A stretch of DNA of 64,000 bases from the NCBI GenBank assembly GCA_046759445.1, contig JBHICG010000009.1, positions 1 to 64,000 of the forward strand, in the 5' to 3' direction. The translations under genes and the position numbers were made by a program. Below are positions 20,426 to 30,728 of this stretch, piece by piece (position 1 is the first letter of the stretch; every line of letters starts with the position of its first letter). The stretch is from Candidatus Scalinduaceae bacterium. Its GTDB lineage: Bacteria > Planctomycetota > Brocadiia > Brocadiales > Scalinduaceae. The notes below the pieces were generated by a model, which saw nothing but the letters and a program-made list of their open reading frames with translations, did not search any database and was not told the origin of the DNA.

Positions 20426-21253
20426 TTGTTAATGATAACAAAAACCATAATCCTTGGCATCGTCCAGGGTTTAACAGAATTTCTACCAATTAGCAGTTCT
20501 GGCCACTTAGTAATTTTCAAAGAATTTCTGAATATTGACACTCAAGGCGCTATTTGGGAAATATCATTACATCTGGGTACTCTTTTTGCCATTTTTGGAG
20601 TGTTTTTCAAGGACATATACAATATATTTAAAGATGTATGTCTATCATGTAAAAAGCTGGTTTATGGAGAAAGATTAATTAATATTTTTAGAAATGAAAC
20701 CCATACTCGTTTTTTCCTTCTTGTCATAATCGGCACAATACCGACAGCCCTTATAGCATTCTTTTTTAAAGATAAATATGAGAGTCTTTTTGATAAACCT
20801 GTATCAGCGGGCTTTATGTTACTTGTAACTGGCACAGTACTCTGGTTTACGAGAAAAAATTCAACCGTTAATAGTAATAAAAGGGATTTAAGTGTTTTTG
20901 ATGCGTTATTAATCGGGACTGTACAGGGACTTGCAATAACTCCAGGAATATCCCGGTCAGGCACAACGATTGCCGCAGCCATTTTCAGGGGCGTTGACAG
21001 GGAATTTGCGGCAAGATTTTCCTTTCTGTTGGCAATACCAGCAATCCTGGGAGCAATGGCAATAATAATGAATGATACTCTAACCCTTAAAAACGGAGAA
21101 CTTTCTCTTCTCATAATAGGTGGTATTACAGCAGCAATAACGGGCTATGTCGCTTTACGTTTTTTAATAAAAATCATTACGATCGGCAAGCTTTATGTCT
21201 TTTCATACTATTGTTGGCCTGTAGGATTATTTGCAATCCTGTTTTTCTTATGA
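20426..21253 (+). CDS. uppP: Undecaprenyl-diphosphate phosphatase
   Basis: GIVQGLTEFLPISSSGH and PGISRSG motifs. Confidence 0.96.
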   Translation: MLMITKTIILGIVQGLTEFLPISSSGHLVIFKEFLNIDTQGAIWEISLHLGTLFAIFGVFFKDIYNIFKDVCLSCKKLVYGERLINIFRNETHTRFFLLVIIGTIPTALIAFFFKDKYESLFDKPVSAGFMLLVTGTVLWFTRKNSTVNSNKRDLSVFDALLIGTVQGLAITPGISRSGTTIAAAIFRGVDREFAARFSFLLAIPAILGAMAIIMNDTLTLKNGELSLLIIGGITAAITGYVALRFLIKIITIGKLYVFSYYCWPVGLFAILFFL

Positions 21254-21332
21254 GGAATTGCAGTAAACACATGATATTTATGATTTTTTTTAATCCTCTG
21301 GTCTTACACATAAAAGTGAGGAATCTTTAAAA

Positions 21333-21959
21333 ATGGAAAATATAATAGTAGCAATTACGGGTGCTAGTGGCGTGGTTTATGGTCAACGCCTACTACAGGT
21401 TTTGTGTGATAAATCCTATTCGATTCACTTATGTGTATCAGAGTCGGCTATAAAGGTGATAGAAAGTGAGCTTAATCTTTCTCTAGAACTCAATAAATTC
21501 GATGTTAATAAATTCATAAACAGAAATAACCCCCTTGTGACTTATCACCACGTATCTGATATTGCTGCACCAATATCAAGTGGCAAGCTCAAAGTCAAGG
21601 CAATGATTATAGCGCCATGCAGTATGAACTCACTTTGCTCTATTGCAAATGGGGTTACGCTTAATCTTATTCATCGCTCTGCCAGTGTAACCCTGAAAGA
21701 GGGAAGAAAGTTAGTTGTTGTGCCTCGTGAAACTCCTTTAACTTCTATTCATTTGGAAGGCATGTTAAAATTATCGAGGGCACAGGCTTGCATTCTGCCA
21801 GCTATGCCAGGATATTACTATCATCCGAAAACAATAGATAATCAGGTCGATTTTATAGTAGGGAAAATCCTTGACTATATCGGGATAGAATATTCACCAT
21901 ACACAAAAAAAAGATATGGAGAATTGGACTTCCTGAGTTCAGATCTGATGGTAACATAA
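21333..21959 (+). CDS. ubiX: Flavin prenyltransferase
   Basis: ITGASG, APISSG, APCSM, PRETPL and PAMPGYY motifs. Confidence 0.93.
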   Translation: MENIIVAITGASGVVYGQRLLQVLCDKSYSIHLCVSESAIKVIESELNLSLELNKFDVNKFINRNNPLVTYHHVSDIAAPISSGKLKVKAMIIAPCSMNSLCSIANGVTLNLIHRSASVTLKEGRKLVVVPRETPLTSIHLEGMLKLSRAQACILPAMPGYYYHPKTIDNQVDFIVGKILDYIGIEYSPYTKKRYGELDFLSSDLMVT

Positions 21960-22002
21960 TAACGGCAAAGTTCAGTAAATTATCGTTTGAATCGAGACCA
22001 CA

Positions 22003-23067
22003 ATGAATGACACAAAAAAAAGAAGCAGTTTAGGTTTCTGGATATCAACGTCACTGGCAATATTCTTTTTTTTATGCAGTGTAGTATTATTCTTTTCGGT
22101 AATAGGTCTTCTTCTAATTAAGGGTACTTTATCGCCACAAGGTGAAGAAGAAAAGGCCAGAAAATTATCTGAGGTTGTAGTAGAAGGAACAGGGACTAAC
22201 AAAATAGTAATAATCCCCGTTAAAGGTATTATTACGGCTCAATCGTCTAAAAAGCTCTTTTATGAAATACCAAGTATAGTAGATATTGTGAAAAAGCAAC
22301 TCGAACAAGCAAGTGATGATGATGATGTGAAGGCCGTGATATTGGAGATCGATAGCCCGGGTGGTGGAATAACGGCAAGTGATATAATTCATAAAGAAAT
22401 CTTAGATTTCAAAGAAAAGACAAAGAAAAAAGTAATTGTCAGTATGCAGGACGTTGCAGCCTCAGGCGCTTATTACATCTCTGTTACTGCTGACGTAATC
22501 ATATCTCACCCAACAACAGTTACAGGAAGCATAGGCGTAATAATGCCTCTTGTTAATATTGCCAGCCTGGTAGAGAAATATGGTATTGAGGATGCTTCTA
22601 TAAAGTCAGGAGACATGAAGAATATCGGTTCACCACTTAAAAAGATGTCTGACGAGGAAAGAGAAGTTTTACTTGACATAGTAGATGAAATGTACACAAG
22701 ATTTTTAAAGGTCATTTCAGAAGGCAGAAACATGAAAATAGAAGATGTTAAAAAGCTGGCAGATGGAAGAATTTACACTGGAAAGCAGGCATTGGATAAT
22801 GGATTAGTTGATCAAATAGGTTATACTGAGGACGCAGTCAAAGTCACCAAAGAAATGACAGGTTTGGAAGAGGCAAAAATAATAAAGTACAAAAGAACGT
22901 TTACGTTAGGGGAGATTTTTGCAGGTTCTATGAACAATTTGGTTATTGACCACACAATCAAGATTGACATAAATACCCTGACAACAGAAAATGATTTCCC
23001 AAGATTTATGTATTTATGGACAGGATATCAACGTAATTACTTCCTCCAATGGCCTGCATTGAATTGA
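22003..23067 (+). CDS. sppA: Signal peptide peptidase (S49, short form)
   Basis: IDSPGG, AASGAYY, TGSIGV and ADGRIYTG motifs. Confidence 0.93.
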   Translation: MNDTKKRSSLGFWISTSLAIFFFLCSVVLFFSVIGLLLIKGTLSPQGEEEKARKLSEVVVEGTGTNKIVIIPVKGIITAQSSKKLFYEIPSIVDIVKKQLEQASDDDDVKAVILEIDSPGGGITASDIIHKEILDFKEKTKKKVIVSMQDVAASGAYYISVTADVIISHPTTVTGSIGVIMPLVNIASLVEKYGIEDASIKSGDMKNIGSPLKKMSDEEREVLLDIVDEMYTRFLKVISEGRNMKIEDVKKLADGRIYTGKQALDNGLVDQIGYTEDAVKVTKEMTGLEEAKIIKYKRTFTLGEIFAGSMNNLVIDHTIKIDINTLTTENDFPRFMYLWTGYQRNYFLQWPALN

Positions 23068-23097
23068 AAAATTACAAATTTTAAATCATAACTAAAG

Positions 23098-24564
23098 ATG
23101 ACCCTAAAAATATACAACACATTAACAAAACAAAAAGAGTTATTTACTCCGTTTGAGGCGGGGAGAGTCGGAATTTATGTGTGTGGTCCAACCGTTTATG
23201 ACCACCCACACATCGGACATGCCAAGAGTTACGTTAGCTTCGATGTAGTGGTGCGATATCTGAGACATATAGGCTATAAGGTACGATATGTGCAGAATAT
23301 TACAGATGTCGGACACTTAACGGACAATGCTGATGAAGGAGAAGACAAGATTGAAAAAAGGGCTAAGCATGAGAAAGTAGAACCTATGGAATTAGTTGAA
23401 ATGTACATGCGAAGCTATTATGAGGACATGGATGCGTTGAACAATATACGACCCGATATTTCTCCTCGTGCGACAGGACATATTCCAGAGCAGATAGATT
23501 TGGTTAGGAAACTTATTGACAAAGGATTTGCTTACGAGGCAAATCAATCTGTTTACTTTGATGTATCTAACTTTAAGAATTATGGAAAACTTTCCGGGCG
23601 AAGGCTGGATGAACAAGAATCCGGGGCACGGGTTGGGATAAATCCAGAAAAAAAACATCCAGCGGATTTTGCGCTTTGGAAAAAAGCAGAACCCGGACAC
23701 ATCATGAAATGGAACAGTCCATGGGGTGTTGGTTTTCCAGGCTGGCATCTCGAATGTTCGGTTATGTCGATGAAATATCTCGGTAAAACGTTTGATATTC
23801 ATGGTGGTGGAATTGAAAACGTATTCCCTCATCATGAGTGTGAGGTTGCGCAAAGCGAGGCTGCTAATGAAGTGCCTTTTGCCCGCTATTGGATGCACAA
23901 CAATATGGTAACCGTTGACGGGCAGAAGATGGGAAAATCATTAGGCAATTTCGTTACACTGAAGGACGCATTTAAACAATACTCATCTATAACAATACGT
24001 TTTTTTGTCCTAAACACCCATTACCGTAACCCCATTGATTATGGTGATGAGGCATTACGTGCAGCAGAAACAGGATTAGAACGATTACATAATACTCTGC
24101 GCAACTTAAGAGAAAGATTGAGTTCTTCCAAAGGAACTAAAATAAATAAGGTTTGGAAGGAAAAGCTAGAAAAATACAAACAAACTTTTGAAGAAGCCAT
24201 GAATGAGGACTTCAATACTGCAGAAGCAATTGCAGTTCTTTTTAATTTGGCAAAAGAAGTAAACACTCTCCTGAACTCCGGAGACTTAATCTCCAAAGGT
24301 ATTCTATCCGAAATAGATTCTTTTTATCATATTTACGGAGGTAATGTTCTTGGAATTATTTCAGAGAATATCGTTCAGCGCAATTCACATGAAGGAGATG
24401 GTTTTAAAATGGAAGACAATCTAATAAAGTCATTGATCGATACAAGGGATGATTTGCGGGCATCTAAGCAATGGGAACTGGCTGATAAAATAAGAAATAG
24501 ATTAAGTGAGTTGGGCATTATCCTTGAAGATAAAAAAGAAAAGGTTACCTGGCGGAAGAAATAG
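23098..24564 (+). CDS. cysS: Cysteine--tRNA ligase
   Basis: CGPTVY, HIGH, PGWHLEC, FPHHECE and KMGKS motifs. Confidence 0.97.
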   Translation: MTLKIYNTLTKQKELFTPFEAGRVGIYVCGPTVYDHPHIGHAKSYVSFDVVVRYLRHIGYKVRYVQNITDVGHLTDNADEGEDKIEKRAKHEKVEPMELVEMYMRSYYEDMDALNNIRPDISPRATGHIPEQIDLVRKLIDKGFAYEANQSVYFDVSNFKNYGKLSGRRLDEQESGARVGINPEKKHPADFALWKKAEPGHIMKWNSPWGVGFPGWHLECSVMSMKYLGKTFDIHGGGIENVFPHHECEVAQSEAANEVPFARYWMHNNMVTVDGQKMGKSLGNFVTLKDAFKQYSSITIRFFVLNTHYRNPIDYGDEALRAAETGLERLHNTLRNLRERLSSSKGTKINKVWKEKLEKYKQTFEEAMNEDFNTAEAIAVLFNLAKEVNTLLNSGDLISKGILSEIDSFYHIYGGNVLGIISENIVQRNSHEGDGFKMEDNLIKSLIDTRDDLRASKQWELADKIRNRLSELGIILEDKKEKVTWRKK

Positions 24565-24594
24565 TTTATTCAATGACAGATGAAACGTTATAAA

Positions 24595-24762
24595 ACCTAA
24601 ATTGAGCGATTTTATCGCTATATCCTCATGGAACATTGAAAATATATGTTCTTCTATAAATATTATCTTCACCTGTTAAGTGAAGGAATTCGTCATTCCC
24701 GCAGTCTGTTGAGCGGGAATCACGGGAATGACAACATAACTTTAGAATCGCTCAAATTAGGT
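24595..24762. mobile_element. MITE-like element (~168 bp) with 20-bp terminal inverted repeats and internal CGTC-type REP
   Basis: ACCTAAATTGAGCGATTTTA / TAGAATCGCTCAAATTAGGT (18/20); internal CGTCATTCCCGC...GCGGGAATCACGGGAATGAC. Confidence 0.65.
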
Positions 24763-24771
24763 AAAAATAAA

Positions 24772-25182
24772 ATGAAAAAAGTTTTGAATCAAACCTTAAC
24801 GTTTACGGTTATCATATCTTTACTCATCTGTTCTCCAGGTTTTTTCACGTCCAAATCTATTGCCAGAGAAGCTTTCAAAAACATTTCTGTTTTAGAGGCA
24901 AATCAAATGATTAAGCTTCAAACAATTCATATTCTTGATGTGAGAACAGATGTTGAATATGCGCAATCCCACATCAAGGATGCCGTACTTATCCCTCTTA
25001 TGGTCTTATCCAGTAGGTTACATGAGCTTAAGGATGAACAAAATATCTTAGTATATTGTTATAGTGGTAATAGAAGCAAGACGGCTTGCGAATACCTTGC
25101 ATCAAAAAGTTTTAAACACGTTTATAATATGCTAGGTGGAATAAGTTCATGGATAGAAGCAGGCTACGAAGTTACAAAATAA
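24772..25182 (+). CDS. Exported rhodanese-like protein
   Basis: Signal peptide from ATG 24772; LDVRT, HIKDA, VYCYSGNRS and GGISSW motifs. Confidence 0.88.
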   Translation: MKKVLNQTLTFTVIISLLICSPGFFTSKSIAREAFKNISVLEANQMIKLQTIHILDVRTDVEYAQSHIKDAVLIPLMVLSSRLHELKDEQNILVYCYSGNRSKTACEYLASKSFKHVYNMLGGISSWIEAGYEVTK

Positions 25183-25234
25183 ATCTGACAGGTTAATGGT
25201 TTCGCAGCTACAAAATATTATATTGTCATGTTTA

Positions 25235-25615
25235 TTACGTATCTAACCCAAGAACGTCAACTATCTTTTCAACAATCTCATCAACATCAAAAGGTTTTGT
25301 CATATAAACGTCAACACCAACATCTCTCCCCTTCTGTTTATCAATTTCCTGCCCCATTGCCGTAAGCATTAAAACATAAATATCCTTAATTCCAAGCTTA
25401 TTCTTTATAGCATCACATAATTCATATCCATCCATTCCCGGCATCATTGCATCAAGAATGACCAGTTCAGGTTTTTCCTTTTTTATACACTCAAAAGCCT
25501 CTATTCCATCGCTCGCTATAAACAATTTTACACCTTTTTCTTCAAGCTCCTCGAAGGTTTGTTCCAGCAACATTCTCATCCCAGGCTCATCGTCTGCTAT
25601 CAATATCTTTGGCAT
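25235..25615 (-). CDS. Single-domain response regulator
   Basis: ILIADDE, ILDAMMP, MLTA and TKPF receiver motifs. Confidence 0.92.
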   Translation of the reverse strand: MPKILIADDEPGMRMLLEQTFEELEEKGVKLFIASDGIEAFECIKKEKPELVILDAMMPGMDGYELCDAIKNKLGIKDIYVLMLTAMGQEIDKQKGRDVGVDVYMTKPFDVDEIVEKIVDVLGLDT

Positions 25616-25910
25616 ATATTTTCCCTGCAAACGTTCGTAGCGACCTTATGGTCACCACGAATTATTAAAATGAATAAACAAATTGGACTCCCCGCAAAAG
25701 CGGGATTACTTCCTCCCTGTCTAACGTTCGCTTTATGTTATTCCTTCACTTTGTTCAGAACGGCGTCTGATCCCTTTACCTTATATCATCTAAGCTGAAG
25801 TCAGAGAATCTTTAATCAAGAAATATTTCGAATTAGTTTTTTTAAACTTGACAGGTCACCTATTAATTCGTTTCACGCAGCCCTTTAGAGCCGAACTCCA
25901 TACCCCCCCC

Positions 25911-25951
25911 CATCGCCCTTTGACAAAAATAAATCATGACAAAAGGGCGAT
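25911..25951 (-). terminator. Stem-loop just downstream of the 101-aa ORF
   Basis: ATCGCCCTTT...AAAGGGCGAT inverted repeat about 20 bp past the stop. Confidence 0.45.
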
Positions 25952-25970
25952 CGATGAGGCAAAAGCTCGA

Positions 25971-26276
25971 TTAAGCATCACAGTAATATTGAATGCCTTC
26001 CCACCAACAATCTTCATGATGAACCCACCATGTACATAAACATAAATTAGATTTTTTTGTTTTATACAACTTAATTGTCATTGTTGGTTCATTTACATCA
26101 ACACCTTCAGGTATTTCTTTATGCTGAAGTTTTTTTTCAACTTTATCAAAATTTAATGAATCTAAACTAGAAGTATCTTTATTAAGGATTTTAGGAGAAG
26201 AACCAGTAGCGTCAAACGAAAGAACTATTTTGGGTCTCCGATTTGCATCTGTAACTCTTTCATCATCGTTTTTCAT
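25971..26276 (-). CDS. Small hypothetical protein with Cys/Trp/His-rich C-terminus
   Basis: Strong RBS (AGAAAGGA) before ATG; tail CLCTWWVHHEDCWWEGIQYYCDA; downstream hairpin. Confidence 0.65.
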   Translation of the reverse strand: MKNDDERVTDANRRPKIVLSFDATGSSPKILNKDTSSLDSLNFDKVEKKLQHKEIPEGVDVNEPTMTIKLYKTKKSNLCLCTWWVHHEDCWWEGIQYYCDA

Positions 26277-26480
26277 TTTTTATTTCCTTTCTGATACGTA
26301 ATCCATAAATGTATGTTTCAATAACTACTTTGTTTGAAACCTCTAACGCTCTCATATTACATTCAATAAAACCACCCCCTCTTTCTTATATGACGGTTAA
26401 GGATTCTGCAAAATTAATCCAATAGCATACTTTATAATTTTGCAGAAATCTTTTATAAAGGTCATTAAATGATTCTAAAC

Positions 26481-26567
26481 AACCCTACCCGAACAAGTCG
26501 TACGTAGAATTCAGGCTAGGGTAATTCTCTGAATTACGTATAATTGCCTTAATTGCACGCTTTTCTA
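26481..26567 (-). repeat. Copy of dispersed GCAATT/AGCCTAAATTC repeat family
   Basis: Reverse complement aligns by eye with 37197-37306 and 51736-51816. Confidence 0.65.
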
Positions 26568-26837
26568 CGTGCATCGTAGCAACGATACTTAAAGAGTCAA
26601 GGGTTGTTTTTGAAAAGGCAAAAATACCTTGGCTGTTCCACTATTAGGTGTAACAGCCGCTTTGGTCTTTTATTTGTCAGGAATAATACCTAAAGGGTAA
26701 ATTTCTAAATGTTGTGTTTAAAAAGTGGTTACGATCTGGTCGGTATTAACTCTTATAATGAACGCTATAAATAAGAAAATAGCGGTCTGTCATTTTTATC
26801 CCATCTTCCGCGAGGATATACTCCATCACTTACATTA

Positions 26838-27032
26838 TCATTCCCGTGAAAACGGGAATCTAAAGCAGATTCCCGATCAAGTCCGGGTGTGATTCTGTCT
26901 GTCTTTCGGACAGTTTAGCAGAATCACCTAAGTAATTCCGCTTTTGCGGAATTGCCAATGACATTACTTGTTTGGAAATCTATATCAGATTCCCACCTGC
27001 CTACCGACGTCAGGCTCTCACGGGAATGACAA
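26838..27032. repeat. Cluster of CGTC-type REP-like hairpins
   Basis: TCATTCCCGTGAAAACGGGAATCT, AGATTCCC..., AATTCCGCTTTTGCGGAATT and ...CGGGAATGAC. Confidence 0.65.
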
Positions 27033-27060
27033 TTTGGACACTTTAAATTCACTCATGTAA

Positions 27061-27196
27061 CAAGTTAAGCTGCCTTTGGCAGCGACTTTCATACTCCCCT
27101 CTAAAAAGATGATCTGTGGGGGGTGTATAACCCTTCTTATGGAAGGGACGACATATCTATACACCCCTTAATCCCCTCTTTCTAGAGGGGAAACTA
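27061..27196. repeat. CCCCT-N-AGGGG REP-like composite; first 49 bp repeated at 30729-30774, last part repeated at 38685-38730
   Basis: CAAGTTAAGC..CCTTTGGC..ACTTTCA..CCCCTCTAAAAAGA; CATATCTATACACCCCTTAATCCCCTCTTTCTAGAGGGGAAACTAT. Confidence 0.7.
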
Positions 27197-27219
27197 TGAT
27201 TAAATTCCTAAACATTAAA

Positions 27220-30200
27220 TTAGTAAGAGAATGTAAACCTGGCAAAAATCAACTGATCAGGAGATATCACCGGATTTGTGGGATCCGTATCCTGAAACTT
27301 GAACTCTTCGTCGAACAAGTTTTTAGCTCCGATGCTGATGATGCCCCACCTTTTAGGTAAGCGGTAACTAATAGATCCATCGAATACCCAAAATTGATCG
27401 TCTCCCGGTACAACAAACGTACCTCCTGTAACGGGATCTCCAAATTTACCATCCTGATCAATATAGGTTGCCTTAAGCCGCGCGCTAAATCCCGAGGGGT
27501 GGAAAAAATTTATCCCCAGGGGCACACGGTTCGTTTTGATCTTGTGAAATGACTCTGGACCGAGGAGCCCTCTCGCCCTTTCAAGCCACTCATATTGATA
27601 TTCTGCACTAAGAGACAGCCAGCGATGAGGTGTCCAGTAAAGGTAAGCGCGTATCAGTTCTTCTTCTGAACCTAATCTACTGAACACAGTCGTTGTGGGG
27701 CTTGTTCGTATAAACGGTATTTCCATGTCCCGCCTGGAGTATTCCGCACCGCCATACAATGATTTTGAGAACTTCTGATCTACGGCAACACCGTAACGCC
27801 ATGCCTCTGTACCATTAGGATCGTCAAAAAACTGGTTAAAACCAGCCACCTGTGTGGGCTCAATGGTTTGATCCGACAGAAGCTGCCTTTTCAGGGTTCT
27901 AAATGCAGCGGCGCGGAGCGTAGTACCGGGAAGAAGGTCCCAGGTCAGCCCGAATTTCGGATTACCCTGGACATATTCCCTGACGATACCTTCGAAAAAA
28001 TCTACACTTCCTCCTATCGTCCAGGTAAAATTTTCCAGAAAATTAATCAATGAGTACACATAGAAGTTAGTATGTCGAATATCAAAATCTCCTTGTGTTA
28101 TTCTCGGTGGTTGCGGTGGTGGAAATGTGATAATACTGGTATTATTTCGTTCCGAGCTGTTACGCCCTATACCTCCGGTAACGTGAAATCGTCCCGATTG
28201 AGACCGATACAGATGCCGGATTTCACCCGTCCAGCCATCGTTTTCTAAATCGCTCTCAAAGCCGGGTGACATTCCTAAAGGTGAGGGAGAAGGACCTCTC
28301 AAAATATTTTTTGTGTCAGAATCTAGATTAAAATAGATGAAAGAGGCTATGAAATCTGAATTGGGCGTAAAGGAGTGATGAAGACCCAACCTTAGGTTAT
28401 CTACTTCGGATTCTTGCCTTTGGTCAGGCCTAAAATTATTCGGGTCGAACCTCAGTTCTAGATCTCCTTTCTCGGTATCCGTAAATCGATATTCTGCCTG
28501 CACGCTTGTCTTGTGCGATAGACTTGCCTGGAAGAATGCATTGTAAATATCCGTGTTCAGCCCATTATTTCTTCGGAATCCACCGGTCTCGTAATGGAAC
28601 TGACCCAGGCTATAAGACATCCTTCCCAGCACGCCTGATTGAACGAGATCATTACCCACAGTATCTCTCTCGGCTATAACACCGTTGGCTTGCAGCGCCA
28701 ATCGATTTCTATTAAAGAGCGGGTTATATTCGTTAAAGGAAGGATCTTGCGGACCAGACCCCTCCAGTATGAAGAGATTGCTCTCAGCGAGTTGGGGCTG
28801 AATCGGTGTGATGTTAATGGGCTGCAACAGTTGAGACTGTAAGAGTTCACTAACCCTGGCAATCTCGTGGCGCGGTAGAGCCGAATATGTATCCGCCAGG
28901 AATCTGTGAGCAGAATAATTGCTTGGATCAACATTAAGTGATTTCCAACCCTCTATCAGGGCTCGCTGTTGAAAACCCAGGTCTTTATAAATTCTGCCAA
29001 TACTGGCGCTTCGTGAAGCCAGGTCTTCATCCAGCAAAAGCCGTGACCTGTAAATTACCCGATTTTCATTTAACTCAATGGATTTCTGCATGTCATGCAA
29101 TGCCTCTACCGGGCGGTTCACGGTCTGTTTCCGAATCGCATCATAGAACCAGGGTGTTGGATCTTGCGGGTCAAGTTCCCTGGCAATGTCTAATTGACCT
29201 GACGCCTTTTTATCACGTTTTTCTTCGAAATAAGCCTTGCCAAGATAACTGCGGATAAGCGAGTTATTGGGGTCAAGAATTGCAGCTATCTCAATTTCAC
29301 CACGACCCTCTTTCAGGTTACCTTCTCTAATCTTTGCTAATCCGAGGCCCAAACGTGGGAGAGAATCTGCCTGATCCAGTTCGATAGCCTTTTCAAAGGC
29401 ATTCTTAGAATCACGAATCTTTATTTGAGTAAGATAAGCAAATCCCAAAACGGTTTGTGTGCGTGCCAGATTAGGATTCAGTGTTACAGCCTCCTGTGCC
29501 GCGTCACCTGCCTTATTGAGATATCCTTTGGATAGCCATAGTTCGCCTAATCTTGCCCACGCCAGGGCATTTGCTGCATCTCGCTTTACGGCTTCCTGCA
29601 GACTCTCTAGCGCCCCATCAATGTCATAATTGGCTTGCTGAGCATAGGAGAACGCAATTCGTGCAGTTGCTGAACGGGGATCTGTCTCAATAGCTTTTTG
29701 AGCAAGACTGAGAGCCCTGTCTTTATCATTTTGTGCCACAGCGATGATTGACTGAAGCGCAATGGCATGACTGTTGCCAGGTACTAAATTCAGCACCCGC
29801 TCGACGTCTAAACGTGCTTCATCAACACGGCCTACAGTGAGAAGCAACGAAGCACGATAGTTGAAAAAACGTGGGTCACTGATTTTCTCAGTTATTTTTT
29901 CAATACTGGAAAAAGCATCTTTTAAATCTCCCTTCCAATAAGACTGGATGGAATCTAGAACCATTGCCTGCCACTTCGTTTTACCAATATCCGGAAAATC
30001 TATAGTGCGATAATATATAACAGGCGGATAATAAAGCGCCCATTGGACTGCATCCCTGGGGCGCACTAAAATATACGGTACAGGCGCCTGCCCTGCCCTG
30101 GCTATTGCAGAGTGACCACTTTTAAGTGTAAGGCTACCCGCTTTATTCGTAGCTAACACTTGCCCTTCAAATACCGTAAGAGACGTTCTATCTACCCCAA

Positions 30201-30666
30201 CATTAACCAGGAATTCAGTACCTTCCACAGTCCCGTCAACAAATGGTGTTGTTACCTTTAATGTCCATGGCATGCGGCTTAGGAAGTGTACACCCCCTGC
30301 GAGTATATCAAGCAAAGAGAGTTTTTTCTTTTCCCTACCAGAAAAGGTTATTGTAGTATTCTCATTGAGACGAATGAGTGTATCAGTGCTAATGAGGATG
30401 GCTGCACGGCTTCGTTCCTGCACCCTGATCATGTCGCCAATGTTGTATGTATCATTTAATTTAATAGGTTTCCACTGCATTTCATCTTTTTTTTTGGCCT
30501 GTACGTTGCCTTGCACAGAAACAACTTTGGCCATCCATTCCTTACGTGTTTCTGCATCGGCTGAATCTGTAAAAAGCAACCCTACCGGTATGCTCAAATA
30601 TATTAGCAGGCTCAACTGACAGATTTGTATTTGTTTAATCACTTTTACTCCTTTGTATATCGTCAT
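27220..30666 (-). CDS. FecR-domain + TPR + TonB-receptor-like beta-barrel outer-membrane protein
   Basis: Signal peptide; FecR-like N-domain (VVSVQGNV...GDMIRV...VEGTEF...VFEGQV); about 8-9 TPRs; barrel ending ARFTFSY. Confidence 0.85.
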   Translation of the reverse strand: MTIYKGVKVIKQIQICQLSLLIYLSIPVGLLFTDSADAETRKEWMAKVVSVQGNVQAKKKDEMQWKPIKLNDTYNIGDMIRVQERSRAAILISTDTLIRLNENTTITFSGREKKKLSLLDILAGGVHFLSRMPWTLKVTTPFVDGTVEGTEFLVNVGVDRTSLTVFEGQVLATNKAGSLTLKSGHSAIARAGQAPVPYILVRPRDAVQWALYYPPVIYYRTIDFPDIGKTKWQAMVLDSIQSYWKGDLKDAFSSIEKITEKISDPRFFNYRASLLLTVGRVDEARLDVERVLNLVPGNSHAIALQSIIAVAQNDKDRALSLAQKAIETDPRSATARIAFSYAQQANYDIDGALESLQEAVKRDAANALAWARLGELWLSKGYLNKAGDAAQEAVTLNPNLARTQTVLGFAYLTQIKIRDSKNAFEKAIELDQADSLPRLGLGLAKIREGNLKEGRGEIEIAAILDPNNSLIRSYLGKAYFEEKRDKKASGQLDIARELDPQDPTPWFYDAIRKQTVNRPVEALHDMQKSIELNENRVIYRSRLLLDEDLASRSASIGRIYKDLGFQQRALIEGWKSLNVDPSNYSAHRFLADTYSALPRHEIARVSELLQSQLLQPINITPIQPQLAESNLFILEGSGPQDPSFNEYNPLFNRNRLALQANGVIAERDTVGNDLVQSGVLGRMSYSLGQFHYETGGFRRNNGLNTDIYNAFFQASLSHKTSVQAEYRFTDTEKGDLELRFDPNNFRPDQRQESEVDNLRLGLHHSFTPNSDFIASFIYFNLDSDTKNILRGPSPSPLGMSPGFESDLENDGWTGEIRHLYRSQSGRFHVTGGIGRNSSERNNTSIITFPPPQPPRITQGDFDIRHTNFYVYSLINFLENFTWTIGGSVDFFEGIVREYVQGNPKFGLTWDLLPGTTLRAAAFRTLKRQLLSDQTIEPTQVAGFNQFFDDPNGTEAWRYGVAVDQKFSKSLYGGAEYSRRDMEIPFIRTSPTTTVFSRLGSEEELIRAYLYWTPHRWLSLSAEYQYEWLERARGLLGPESFHKIKTNRVPLGINFFHPSGFSARLKATYIDQDGKFGDPVTGGTFVVPGDDQFWVFDGSISYRLPKRWGIISIGAKNLFDEEFKFQDTDPTNPVISPDQLIFARFTFSY

Positions 30667-30728
30667 TGCTCTCCCCTCCTATCTTTTATAATTCATCTTA
30701 GTGACAGGACAAAGGTAAATAAGGACGT

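Noticed and set aside
24646..24771. N-terminal extension of the rhodanese ORF
   Set aside because: Read-through of the MITE/REP; signal peptide begins at 24772
25971..26276. Firm RiPP gene-cluster call
   Set aside because: No maturase, peptidase or exporter nearby; kept only as a hypothesis
26481..26580. Possible c-di-GMP (GEMM) riboswitch upstream of the small ORF
   Set aside because: Lacks the GEMM consensus; better explained as a copy of the dispersed GCAATT repeat
26800..27200. CRISPR-like array
   Set aside because: Hairpins are heterogeneous, with no constant repeat/spacer period and no cas genes in the window
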